Assembly (NCBI GenBank): GCA_031270985.1
Contig: JAISWR010000004.1
Span: 2,195-66,194, forward strand
Direction of reading: 5' to 3'
DNA from: Bacteroidales bacterium
GTDB taxonomy: Bacteria; Bacteroidota; Bacteroidia; Bacteroidales; UBA4181
DNA length: 64,000 bases
Below are positions 47,416 through 57,061 of the stretch, one piece after another. Position 1 is the first letter of the stretch, and each line of letters begins with the position of its first letter. The notes under the pieces are model-generated. The model had not been told where the DNA came from, made no database searches, and worked only from the letters and a program-made list of their open reading frames with translations. Made by a program: the position numbers and the translations under genes.

Positions 47416-50400
47416 TTACGGGATTTTGCTTGTCTCCCCCGCCAGTCCGTTCAGTATCTCCATGCTTTTGCCTATATTGGCAATCGGACTGATGCTTAGA
47501 GCGAGTTTGTCTCTGGCTTCTTTCAGGTGGAACAGGTGCGGATTTTGCTGAATGCGTTGCAGAATGGTTTTAAAAACGTCCGATTGATAATAAGGCGATT
47601 TCGGGTTGTTCACGAAATAAGCCAGCAGCCGTTCGTTGCGAAGGATGATTTTTTCAAAACCCAGACGGGCGGCAAGCCGTCGAAGACGTACCACGCCAAT
47701 GAGTTCTTTTCCTGCGGGCGGTATGGCGCCGAATCTGTCGACAAGCGACTGTTCAAAAGCGGTCAGTTTGTCTTCCGTGTCAATGTTGTCCAATTCACGA
47801 TACAGATGTACCCGTTCGGAAACGTTTTCGACATAATCGTCGGGGAACAGCAATTCGAGGTCGGTATCTATCTGGCAGTCGGCAACGAATGCGGACTTTT
47901 TCCAGTCTGTCGGTTGCCGGTTGTCGGCAATTTCCCGTCGGGCGAATATTTCTTTAAAATCCTCCTCTTCGCTCAGTTCCATCATTGCCTCGTTGAGGAT
48001 TTGGTAGTAGGTTTCAAAGCCTATTTCAGCAATAAACCCGCTCTGTTCCGCTCCCATGAGATTGCCCGCCCCGCGTATGTCGAGGTCTTGCATGGCGATG
48101 TTGAAGCCGCTGCCGAGATCGGAAAATTCTTCGATGGCACGCAATCGACGACGGGCTTCCGGCGTGATGTCGGTAAAAGGCGGCGTAATGAGGTAACAAA
48201 ATGCTTTTTTGTTCGACCGTCCCACGCGACCGCGCAACTGGTGCAGGTCGCTCAGTCCGAACATGTGTGCATTGTTGATGATGATGGTATTGGCGTTGGG
48301 AATATCTAATCCCGACTCGATGATGGAAGTAGCCACCAGCACGTTGTAGTCGCCGTTGATGAAGTCGAGCATGATTTTTTCCAGTTGATTGCCTTCCATT
48401 TGCCCGTGTGCCGACACGGTGGATACTTGCGGGCACAGGCTGTGGATCAGCAATTCCATTTCGCGCAGCGTAGGCACCCGATTGTGGATAAAAAATACCT
48501 GTCCGCCGCGAGACACCTCAAATTCAATGGCTTCGCGGATGATGCCTTTGTCGAACGCAATGACTTCGGTCTGTATTGGATGTCGATTGGGCGGCGGCGT
48601 GGCGATAACGGACATTTCACGTACGCCCATCAGTGAAAACTGCAATGTGCGCGGGATAGGCGTGGCGGTGAGCGTCAGTGTATCCACATTTACGCGCAAC
48701 GCTTTGAGTTTTTCTTTGGCGGTTACGCCGAATTTCTGTTCTTCGTCGATAACGAGCAACCCCAAATCCTTAAATTTTATTTCTTTCCCCAGCAACTTGT
48801 GTGTTCCGATGATGATGTCGGTTTTTCCCTCGGCTAATTTTTTGATGGTTTCACGTTGTTGAGCGGCAGGTTTCAGCCGACTGATGGAATCAATGTTGCA
48901 TGGAAACTTGTCTAACCGTTCCCTGAATGTTTGCTCGTGTTGTAAGGCAAGGATGGTGGTGGGCACCAGCACCGCCACCTGTTTGTTGTCCGTAACCGCC
49001 TTGAACGCCGCACGAATGGCGACCTCCGTTTTGCCGAACCCTACGTCGCCGCACACCAGATGATCCATCGGCACATTGTCCTCCATGCCGTTCTTCACGG
49101 CTTGCGTGGCTTTCAACTGGTCGGGCGTGTCTTCGTAAAGGAATGACGCTTCCAATTCTTCCTGCAAATAAGTGTCGGGGGAAAATGCAAAGCCTTTGTG
49201 GGTGTGGCGTTTGGCATATAACATGATGAGTTCGCGGGCAATGTCTTTTACCTTCTTTTTGGTGTTTTGCTTGAGCGTTTGCCATGCGGTTGCACCCAAT
49301 TTGTTGAGTTTGGGCGGGGTGCTGTCCTTCCCCCTGAACTTGGATACCTTGTGCAGATTGTGAATATTCACGTACAACACGTCGTTGTCTCGGTATACCA
49401 TGCGGATACATTCCTGCATCTTGCCGTTGACCTCCATTTTTTCCAATCCGCCGAAAATTCCTACGCCATGATCCGAATGTACGATGTAATCACCCGGATG
49501 CAGCCCCTGTAACTCTTTCATGGTGATGCTTTTCGATTGCGAAAAACTTTTACGGATGAGATATTTATGGTAACGTCCAAAAATCTGATGATCGGTGTAG
49601 AGGCACAGTTTCAAATCGTGATCAATGAAACCCTCGTGCAGGATATTGTGTACCGGTATAAATTCCGCTTTGGGCGTGATGCCAGCAAAGATATTTTTCA
49701 GGCGATCAAACTGTTTTCGATTTTCACTCATCAGGGCAACCGTGTATCCCCTCTCGGCGAAAGAGGCAATATCCTGAGCAAGCAATTCAAAATTCTTGTT
49801 GAACACAGGCTGTGGCGAAGTATTGAACGTGATTTCCGCATTTGCCTCGCTGTCGAACACCGATCCGAATTCAACGTTGCGGAAACGTTCCAAAAGCAGT
49901 GCCGTTTCAGCCGCTCCGGTAAAAGCTTCCCGTGCATTGAAATCAATATATTCTTCGTCCGACAGGAGTTTCACGGGTGGTTGTTCCTCAATGCGGGCTA
50001 TTTCATGCAATACGAGGCTCAGGTCATAGTTCCACACTACTGTAGTGTCGTCAAATCTGTCGAAAAACGACGTTCGCTCCGTTTGCTGTCTGTCCCAGCC
50101 CAGATTGGGGATGATATGGATGGCATCCAAAAGCGCGTCGGAAAGTTGGGTATCCACATCAAACGTGCGGATGGACTCCACCTCGTCGCCAAAAAAATCA
50201 ATGCGGTAAGGACGGTAATGAGCGTAGGAAAAAATGTCCACAATACTGCCGCGTATGGCAAACTGACCGGGTTCGTACACGAAATCGGTCGGCATAAAAC
50301 GGTATTCGTACAACAGCTCGCGAATGAAGTCAATGGAGATATGTTCGCCCGTTTTCAGTTGCAGTATGTTGCTTTTCATCTGTTTGTTGGGCACCACTTT

Positions 50401-50808
50401 TTCGACAACCGCGTGTGCGTAACTCACAATCACCTTGCCGCGCTCACGGTCGTCCAGCAAGGCTTCCAGCGTTTGCGTCCGCAGGATGATGTTTCCTTCG
50501 TGAGGTTGCAATTGGGCGGTGATGCGCTTCCATGACGACGGGAAAAAATATGCCGCATCGTTGCCGAGAATATTGACAATATCGTTATGGAAATAGGCGG
50601 CAGTTTCAGCGTCGGGAAAGATGAAGAGGTGGTTGCGATCGGTTTCCCTGACAACGGCTGCCGCCACCAACGCCGTTGCCGAACAGCACAAGCCTTTCAG
50701 GCGAATGTTTGCAGTATGACGCAAGGCGTCCTGCAGTTCGTGCAAAAGCGCATGTGCGGCATACGCCTCGCTCAGTTGATTGTCGGAAAATGATGAAACG
50801 TTTTTCAT
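47416..50808 (-). CDS. mfd: Transcription-repair coupling factor
   Basis: 1130 aa. A UvrB-homology region, a CarD-like domain (GDYIVHSDHGVG), helicase motifs (GDVGFGKTEVA, DEEQKFG) and a TRG region are present. Confidence 0.96.
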   Translation of the reverse strand: MKNVSSFSDNQLSEAYAAHALLHELQDALRHTANIRLKGLCCSATALVAAAVVRETDRNHLFIFPDAETAAYFHNDIVNILGNDAAYFFPSSWKRITAQLQPHEGNIILRTQTLEALLDDRERGKVIVSYAHAVVEKVVPNKQMKSNILQLKTGEHISIDFIRELLYEYRFMPTDFVYEPGQFAIRGSIVDIFSYAHYRPYRIDFFGDEVESIRTFDVDTQLSDALLDAIHIIPNLGWDRQQTERTSFFDRFDDTTVVWNYDLSLVLHEIARIEEQPPVKLLSDEEYIDFNAREAFTGAAETALLLERFRNVEFGSVFDSEANAEITFNTSPQPVFNKNFELLAQDIASFAERGYTVALMSENRKQFDRLKNIFAGITPKAEFIPVHNILHEGFIDHDLKLCLYTDHQIFGRYHKYLIRKSFSQSKSITMKELQGLHPGDYIVHSDHGVGIFGGLEKMEVNGKMQECIRMVYRDNDVLYVNIHNLHKVSKFRGKDSTPPKLNKLGATAWQTLKQNTKKKVKDIARELIMLYAKRHTHKGFAFSPDTYLQEELEASFLYEDTPDQLKATQAVKNGMEDNVPMDHLVCGDVGFGKTEVAIRAAFKAVTDNKQVAVLVPTTILALQHEQTFRERLDKFPCNIDSISRLKPAAQQRETIKKLAEGKTDIIIGTHKLLGKEIKFKDLGLLVIDEEQKFGVTAKEKLKALRVNVDTLTLTATPIPRTLQFSLMGVREMSVIATPPPNRHPIQTEVIAFDKGIIREAIEFEVSRGGQVFFIHNRVPTLREMELLIHSLCPQVSTVSAHGQMEGNQLEKIMLDFINGDYNVLVATSIIESGLDIPNANTIIINNAHMFGLSDLHQLRGRVGRSNKKAFCYLITPPFTDITPEARRRLRAIEEFSDLGSGFNIAMQDLDIRGAGNLMGAEQSGFIAEIGFETYYQILNEAMMELSEEEDFKEIFARREIADNRQPTDWKKSAFVADCQIDTDLELLFPDDYVENVSERVHLYRELDNIDTEDKLTAFEQSLVDRFGAIPPAGKELIGVVRLRRLAARLGFEKIILRNERLLAYFVNNPKSPYYQSDVFKTILQRIQQNPHLFHLKEARDKLALSISPIANIGKSMEILNGLAGETSKIP

Positions 50809-50898
50809 GCAGGCGCAAAATTATATGAAAATCCTGCGATTTACAAGTACAAACAAATAAGAAATACGCCAAACTTTTGTGTCTCGGCAAATTTTAAG

Positions 50899-50906
50899 TA
50901 ATTTTG
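50899..50906 (+). promoter_or_regulatory. Candidate -7 promoter element (TAnnTTTG)
   Basis: TAATTTTG lies 22 nt upstream of the ATG at 50928. It overlaps the alternative TTG start at 50904. Confidence 0.4.
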
Positions 50907-50927
50907 TACGTTTTATTTTTCACCGAA

Positions 50928-51824
50928 ATGGCACGTTCAACACATATCATCCCGATTTTTGTAATGTTGCTGATAGCAGCGTGCACGGAACGCATGAACA
51001 TCAAAACGGACGGTATTCCTCCGAGATTGGTCATCTACGGGTACATCACTTCGGACACTTTACGACATTCCATCCGCATTACCCGTTCGGCGAGTTATTC
51101 GGACACCAATCCGCCGGAGGGCGTCAGCCATGCGGCAGTGACCATTTCAACGGACAACGACACCATCCTGCTCACGGAAAGCGATACCGTGCCGGGACTG
51201 TACCTGACTTCCGCCAACACCCACGGGCAAATGGGCAAAACCTACACATTGGACGTGCGGCTGGATTTCAACAACGACGGAACAACCGAACACTACCAAT
51301 CGTCCGCATATCTCACCGAAATCAACCATATCGATTCCATACGTGTACAACCGTCGGGTATTTTACGCAACATGCTGGAAATACTGTTGTATGCACAGGA
51401 TTTGCCCGAGGAAAACTTTTACAGCGTTTTCACCTCGGTGAATGATTCCCTGATCAATTCCACCATCAATGATTTTTTTGTGATGGACGACGTGTTTTTC
51501 AACGGCGCTTATATGAATGGCGTCCCTTGCGGTTTTCTGCTTCAGGAAAAAGACGGATTGCAAACCCTGAAAAAAGGAGACGTCATTACATTAAACATCA
51601 ACGCTATACCCAAAGAATATGCCTTGTTCATCGGTCATGTGCAAAGCGAAATACGCGGATCGAACCCTATTTTCGGAGGACCTCCGGCAAACGTGGAAAC
51701 CAATATCCGTTGCATTGACCGTCCGAATACCGTTGTTTCCGGTTTTTTTACCGCATTTCCCAGCCGGTATGCCAAAACAATAATTGATTTCGACATTACG
51801 GTGGGGAAGAAATCCCGCGATTGA
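50928..51824 (+). CDS. DUF4249-like lipoprotein
   Basis: 298 aa from the ATG at 50928 with a lipobox (LIAAC). PPRLVIYGYITSD resembles the start of DUF4249 proteins. The family name is from memory. Confidence 0.65.
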   Translation: MARSTHIIPIFVMLLIAACTERMNIKTDGIPPRLVIYGYITSDTLRHSIRITRSASYSDTNPPEGVSHAAVTISTDNDTILLTESDTVPGLYLTSANTHGQMGKTYTLDVRLDFNNDGTTEHYQSSAYLTEINHIDSIRVQPSGILRNMLEILLYAQDLPEENFYSVFTSVNDSLINSTINDFFVMDDVFFNGAYMNGVPCGFLLQEKDGLQTLKKGDVITLNINAIPKEYALFIGHVQSEIRGSNPIFGGPPANVETNIRCIDRPNTVVSGFFTAFPSRYAKTIIDFDITVGKKSRD

Positions 51825-51925
51825 AATTACGGTCAAACTCCGGAGATTACCCCCCTCTAACTGCCTACGTATCCGTCCGTGTCAAAAAAAGTTCACCGGA
51901 GAGGACGATATACGATAAAAATATA

Positions 51926-51933
51926 TATCTTTG
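51926..51933 (+). promoter_or_regulatory. Candidate -7 promoter element (TAnnTTTG)
   Basis: TATCTTTG lies 28 nt upstream of the ATG at 51961. Confidence 0.4.
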
Positions 51934-51960
51934 TGCAATACTTTTTTTTCAGAAGAAGAT

Positions 51961-53379
51961 ATGAATTTCAACGATGAAGAACATTGGTATGACGGCGAGA
52001 CAATGGACTCGGTGCACCGTTATGAGGATATGATGAAGAATCATCACCGGTACTTTTTCGATATTCACGAGTTTGAAAACATCATTGATTATTATCTTGA
52101 CATTGAGAACCTCACTCAAGCGGCACAGGTTGCCGATTATGCGAGCCATTTGTATCCCTCCTCTTCCTCCATTCAGTTCCGGATGGCTGAAATCATGATT
52201 GACAACGGACAACCTACCAAAGCGCTGGCTCTGCTGAACGAACTGGAAAAGCTGGAAACGGGAGAATATACCGTTCACTTGCTGAAAGGCGCCGCGTTAA
52301 ACGTGCTGGGCAAAGCGCGAGAGGCACAACGGCAGTTTGAAAAGGCAATCGCATTGGCAGACGAAGACAAAGCACAGGTATTGTATGATATAGGCGTGTC
52401 TTTTGAACGCATTAACCAATACAAAATGGCATTGCAGTACTTTTTGAAAGTCCGTGCCATAGAACCCGACAATTACTATATTTATTACGATCTGGCTTTT
52501 TGCTGCGACCGCATCAACGATCTGGACAGCAGCATCGCATATTATAAAAAATATCTGGACGAAGACCCTTTCGCCGAATATGCATGGTATAATCTCGGCA
52601 TCGTGTACAACAGAAAGGAAGATGATGAAAAAGCCATTGAAGCCTATGACTACGCATTGGCTATCTATCCGGAATACACCTCGGCGCTGTTCAACAAGGC
52701 AAACACCCTGACATTGCTCAACAAAACGGAAGAAGCCATCGAGACATACAATGATTTTCTACGCATAGAGCCTGATAACGCCGCAGTCCATTGTTATTTA
52801 GGCGAATGCCACGAAAAAAACCATGACTATGACTGCGCAACACAATATTTCCAAAAATCCCTTTCGCTTGACAACACCTTTGCCGACGCATGGTTCGGTA
52901 TGGGCATTATGAATGCGGACTGCGGACGTTTTGAAGAATCCGTGCGATGCTTGAAACATGCGATTGCTCTGGACAAGGACAATGAGGAATATCTCTTCGG
53001 GCTGGCTACCACGTACATCAACCTGCAACAATTTGACAAAGCAAACGTTCTGCTCGACGGGTTGCTGCAAAAAACCACAGACGACGAAGTGATGTGGTGC
53101 ATGTATGCACACACCTTTGCGCAACAGGAGCAATACGCCGACGCACAACGCATAACCACCAAAGGACTGCAATACAATCCCGATTCGGCGTTACTCCGCT
53201 ACCATTTGGCAGCCTATTACCTGCTGAACGACGACCGCTTGAAAGGATTAACCATTCTTGAAGAAAGCCTGCGCAAACATCCCGAAGACGTGGACATATT
53301 TTTTGAGGTCTTCGACAGGGAGGACAACCTCAATGACGAAGTGATGGCGCTGGTGAATGCATACCGGAAGAACCCATAA
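51961..53379 (+). CDS. Tetratricopeptide repeat protein
   Basis: 472 aa with about ten recognisable 34-aa TPR units (for example AWYNLGIVYNRKEDDEKAIEAYDYALAIYPEY). Confidence 0.85.
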   Translation: MNFNDEEHWYDGETMDSVHRYEDMMKNHHRYFFDIHEFENIIDYYLDIENLTQAAQVADYASHLYPSSSSIQFRMAEIMIDNGQPTKALALLNELEKLETGEYTVHLLKGAALNVLGKAREAQRQFEKAIALADEDKAQVLYDIGVSFERINQYKMALQYFLKVRAIEPDNYYIYYDLAFCCDRINDLDSSIAYYKKYLDEDPFAEYAWYNLGIVYNRKEDDEKAIEAYDYALAIYPEYTSALFNKANTLTLLNKTEEAIETYNDFLRIEPDNAAVHCYLGECHEKNHDYDCATQYFQKSLSLDNTFADAWFGMGIMNADCGRFEESVRCLKHAIALDKDNEEYLFGLATTYINLQQFDKANVLLDGLLQKTTDDEVMWCMYAHTFAQQEQYADAQRITTKGLQYNPDSALLRYHLAAYYLLNDDRLKGLTILEESLRKHPEDVDIFFEVFDREDNLNDEVMALVNAYRKNP

Positions 53380-53385
53380 CCGCAA

Positions 53386-54396
53386 ATGTCCGCAACCGGA
53401 TACCGCCGCCACATCCGCACACGCATTCTGAAAGCCGTCCGTTCGGCGATTCGTCCCGGACTTGTCACCACATGGTGGATGGTGCGACTTACCGTCGTGG
53501 TATCGCTGGCAGTAAGCATCTTACAATACGTGGGCGTCATTGCCCTGCTTGCCCGATGGCTCAATCCGCTGTTCAACATAGTAGGATTGCCCGGCGAAGC
53601 GGCGCTGGCATTCATTTCAGGGTATTTTGTGAGCATCTATTCGGCCGTTGCAACGGCGATAACGCTCAACATGGACATTCGCGCCATCAACATCCTTGCG
53701 GTAATGTGCCTCTGCGCCCACAACATCATCATCGAAACGGCAGTACAGAAGCAAACAGGATCGTCCGCACTGAGGATGATCCTGTTGCGCACCATATCGG
53801 CGCTGGTATCGGCGCTTGTACTCCACCTGCTGCTGCCCGCCGGTAACGAAACGTCAACATATGCCGTGCAACAGGCAACGGCAATGCCACCCCTAAAAGA
53901 GTTTGCACTCCACCAGATGAAAGTAACCGGTTGGCTGACTCTCAGAATGTTCGTACTCATCATGTCGCTCAACATTTTGCAAAAATTGCTGGCAGAATTT
54001 GGCGTCATTCGTCTGCTGTCGAAATTGCTGCGCCCCGTACTGAAAATCTTCGGATTGCCCGCAAAAACATCATTCCTGTGGATTGTAGCCAACATCCTAG
54101 GACTGGCATACGGAGCGGCAGTCATGATGGAAGAAGTGCAACAGAATAAGATCAACAAAAAAGATGCGGATTTGCTCAATCATCATATCGCCATATCACA
54201 CAGCAACCTGGAGGACGTTTCACTGTTCCTGTCCATTGGCGCAGGACTGTGGTGGATGCTACTACCTCGCTGGATTCTCGCGGCAATCGTAGTGTGGTTG
54301 CGACGCTGGGAACTGCGCATCAGACATACGGACGACAATCCAACACATCTTTGTCGCACATCAAAAATAAAAATAAGGCAGCCGGTAAAAGAATAA
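53386..54396 (+). CDS. Nucleoside-recognition (Gate) domain membrane protein
   Basis: 336 aa, polytopic. LNPLFNIVGLPGEAALAFISG and LRPVLKIFGLPAKTSFLWIVANILG look like two Gate-domain repeats. The gene begins 6 nt after the TPR gene. Confidence 0.65.
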   Translation: MSATGYRRHIRTRILKAVRSAIRPGLVTTWWMVRLTVVVSLAVSILQYVGVIALLARWLNPLFNIVGLPGEAALAFISGYFVSIYSAVATAITLNMDIRAINILAVMCLCAHNIIIETAVQKQTGSSALRMILLRTISALVSALVLHLLLPAGNETSTYAVQQATAMPPLKEFALHQMKVTGWLTLRMFVLIMSLNILQKLLAEFGVIRLLSKLLRPVLKIFGLPAKTSFLWIVANILGLAYGAAVMMEEVQQNKINKKDADLLNHHIAISHSNLEDVSLFLSIGAGLWWMLLPRWILAAIVVWLRRWELRIRHTDDNPTHLCRTSKIKIRQPVKE

Positions 54397-54440
54397 ACAG
54401 ATTAAATATCAATGAAATAAGAAAATAAAATGATCCGTTT

Positions 54441-54470
54441 TAAGAATTTTTAAGAATTTTTAAGAATTTC
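54441..54470. repeat. Tandem repeat, 3 x 10 bp (TAAGAATTTT)
   Basis: taagaatttt taagaatttt taagaatttc, a helical-period repeat 74-103 nt upstream of the ATG at 54544. Confidence 0.85.
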
Positions 54471-54486
54471 GAATGATATTATTTCA

Positions 54487-54494
54487 TATTTTTG
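54487..54494 (+). promoter_or_regulatory. Candidate -7 promoter element (TAnnTTTG)
   Basis: TATTTTTG lies 50 nt upstream of the ATG at 54544. Confidence 0.35.
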
Positions 54495-54543
54495 TACATT
54501 CTAACGATTTAGAAAAATTTTTATTCACCAAAAACAAAAAACG

Positions 54544-55713
54544 ATGCAAAACAGTCATGTCAATCGCCGAAATTTCATCAAATTATCGGCAGCAGCGGGA
54601 GCGGCATTAGCCTTAAACCCGACTGGCGCTCAGGCAACGGAAAGCGTTGCCCGCCAAACCAAGTTTCAGGAACGTGTGCTGGGAAAAACCGGCATCAAAG
54701 TGCCCATCCTGAGTATGGGCGTCATGCGTGCAGACAATCCTGCGGTAGTCAGGGCTGCATATAATTCGGGGATTCTCCTGTTCGACACGGCAAACGGATA
54801 TCAGAATGGCAAGAACGAAGAACTGTTGGGCGAGTTTTTTACCGGTAAGCCGCGTAACTCTTTCGTTTTGGCTACCAAGGTGAAAGAAAATGACGCCGCC
54901 AGATTTCTCGAAAAATTTGAGGTGAGCATGAAACGCCTTAAAATGGACTATGTGGACATCCTTTACATCCACGCGCTCAGCAAGCCGGAGGAGGTGACCA
55001 ATGCGTCTATCCTCGAACTGTTGCTGAAACTGAAAAAAGAAGGCAGAGCAAAATATCTGGGCATATCCACACACTCGAACGAACCGGGAGTCATCAACAC
55101 CATGATTGACAATGGCAATTATGACGTAGTGCTTACCTCCTACAACTACAGCCAGACCTACAAAAAAGAGCTGGATGCCGCGATTGACCGTGCCGCGAAA
55201 GCCGGTATGGGTGTGGTGGCAATGAAAACAATGGCAGGCGGGTATTTGGACAGGGCACGCACCAAAAAAGTGAACGTCAAAGCCGCATTGAAATGGTCGT
55301 TGAGTAACCCCAACATCCACACGGCTATCCCCGGCTTCACCACATTCGACGAACTGGAAGAATGTGTCGCTGCCGCGTCCGATCTGGAACTGACACTGGA
55401 AGAAAAAGAATTCCTGACGGCGGTAGCATCCTGCAAAGAAGGCTTGTATTGTCAGGGATGCCGGAGTTGTGTGGCGCAATGTACGCAAAACCTGCCCATA
55501 CCGGAGATGATGAGAGCGTACATGTACAACTACGGATACAAAAGCTCACTGCTGGCAAAAGAAACCATCATGGAACTGAATTTGGGGGACAACCCGTGCG
55601 GCAAATGCCGTTCGTGCAACGTCAAATGCACCAAGGGATTTCACGTTGCCGAAAATATCAGCGATATCACCCGCTTGAAACGTATTCCTGACGATTTTTT
55701 GGCATACGCATGA
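54544..55713 (+). CDS. Tat-signal aldo/keto reductase with C-terminal 2x CxxCxxCxxxC ferredoxin-type motifs
   Basis: 389 aa. The twin-arginine signal is NRRNFIKLSAAAGAALAL. An AKR core follows (GVMRADN..., DTANGY, YIHAL), and the C-terminus has CQGCRSCVAQC and CGKCRSCNVKC. Confidence 0.85.
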   Translation: MQNSHVNRRNFIKLSAAAGAALALNPTGAQATESVARQTKFQERVLGKTGIKVPILSMGVMRADNPAVVRAAYNSGILLFDTANGYQNGKNEELLGEFFTGKPRNSFVLATKVKENDAARFLEKFEVSMKRLKMDYVDILYIHALSKPEEVTNASILELLLKLKKEGRAKYLGISTHSNEPGVINTMIDNGNYDVVLTSYNYSQTYKKELDAAIDRAAKAGMGVVAMKTMAGGYLDRARTKKVNVKAALKWSLSNPNIHTAIPGFTTFDELEECVAAASDLELTLEEKEFLTAVASCKEGLYCQGCRSCVAQCTQNLPIPEMMRAYMYNYGYKSSLLAKETIMELNLGDNPCGKCRSCNVKCTKGFHVAENISDITRLKRIPDDFLAYA

Positions 55714-56576
55714 AAAGAAACATCATTGCAGGAATAGCGATTATTTTGGCACAATGCGCTATCGCGCAGACGCCGGCGGAACTGAAAGCCAAACTGCCGG
55801 CAGTTAAAGGCTGGACGGTGGAAAACGCCGTTGAAACGTTTGATCCCAACACTTTGTTTGAACGTATCAACGGCGCTGCACCGGGATACCTGATGTATGA
55901 CTTCCAAGAATTGAGCGTTTTCGTGTACCACAAGGACAAAAGCGAAGACTACATCACCATTCAGATATACCGGCACGCTACACCCAACGACGCATTCGGC
56001 ATCTATGCTTCCGAACGTCCCGAAGAAACCAATTTCCTCGACATCGGCGCAGAGGGTTATCAGGAAGAATCTATCCTGAACTTTCTGGCGGACAACCTCT
56101 ACGTGAAAATAGAAAGTCCATCGTCGGATGTGGCAACGGTTCAGGCAATTACCGACATTGCACGGGATTTTGCGAAAAAAATCAATGCCAAAGCCGCTTT
56201 ACCCTCAAGCCTGTCTTCATTTCCTGCCGCCAACAAGGTGGCGCACAGCGAACAGTTCATCGCTATGGGCTTTTTGGGACATGAATTTTTGCAGGACGCA
56301 TTTACGGCATATTATTCAGTGGACGGTAAGAGATATCAGGTATTTCTCATCAATGCCGAGACAACAGCCGCTGCCAAAACATTGCTGGACAAATACTATG
56401 CATTTACCAAGCAGGAAGGCGCTCCGGCAGAAGGTCGGCTTACTGTCAAAGACCGCTACAACGGCGATCTCGAATGTCGCTGGGAAAATCAATATGTATG
56501 GGGAATCTTGAATGACGGCGGAGCCGCCATAAACATTGACGAAGTATTGGACGCCGTAGGCAAAATCCTGAAATAG
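55710..56576 (+). CDS. Secreted hypothetical protein
   Basis: 288 aa with a signal peptide (AIILAQCAIAQ). There is an ATGA overlap with the upstream reductase. I recognised no motif. Confidence 0.7.
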   Translation: MKRNIIAGIAIILAQCAIAQTPAELKAKLPAVKGWTVENAVETFDPNTLFERINGAAPGYLMYDFQELSVFVYHKDKSEDYITIQIYRHATPNDAFGIYASERPEETNFLDIGAEGYQEESILNFLADNLYVKIESPSSDVATVQAITDIARDFAKKINAKAALPSSLSSFPAANKVAHSEQFIAMGFLGHEFLQDAFTAYYSVDGKRYQVFLINAETTAAAKTLLDKYYAFTKQEGAPAEGRLTVKDRYNGDLECRWENQYVWGILNDGGAAINIDEVLDAVGKILK

Positions 56577-56895
56577 CTGTTCCTTACCGACATACGTCAA
56601 GCAACGTTGAGAGGAACGAAGCAATCCGGATGATAGTGATTAATGAAAAACGAATAGCCCGTTAGGGCTTCCATATCAATAGAAATGCGGGAATAGCCAC
56701 CCTGCACAACCCTTGGGGGGGGTGAACTCCTACGGAGTTCCGAAAACGGGAGACACCATTTGTTTCTGTTGATATGTTTCTCTAACGGGAAAAAGGAACG
56801 GACAAAAATGAGTACAGACATTACCTTTTTTATCCCTTATCCGTAGGGACAAAAAGACCAGACCTGTCAGCATCGAACATCCGTTACATGTTAAA

Positions 56896-57061
56896 CCTTA
56901 ACTTCGCAAAAGTTAGGGAGCTATTTTCTATGAAATATTAATATTTAAACCATTACGCTGATTTTATGGACTACCTAAATTTAGGTAGTCTATAAAATCT
57001 TACATACTTTTGTTTACTAAACTATTACAATCATAGACGGGGTAAATATGACGGAGTTCGG
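56896..57061 (-). mobile_element. MITE-like structured repeat, copy 3 (inverted orientation, diverged)
   Basis: The reverse complement aligns with copies 1 and 2 with roughly ten substitutions and a 2-nt insertion at the palindrome centre (AATT to AAATTT). The palindrome is at 56960-56999. The long-form left end is shared with copy 2. Confidence 0.75.
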
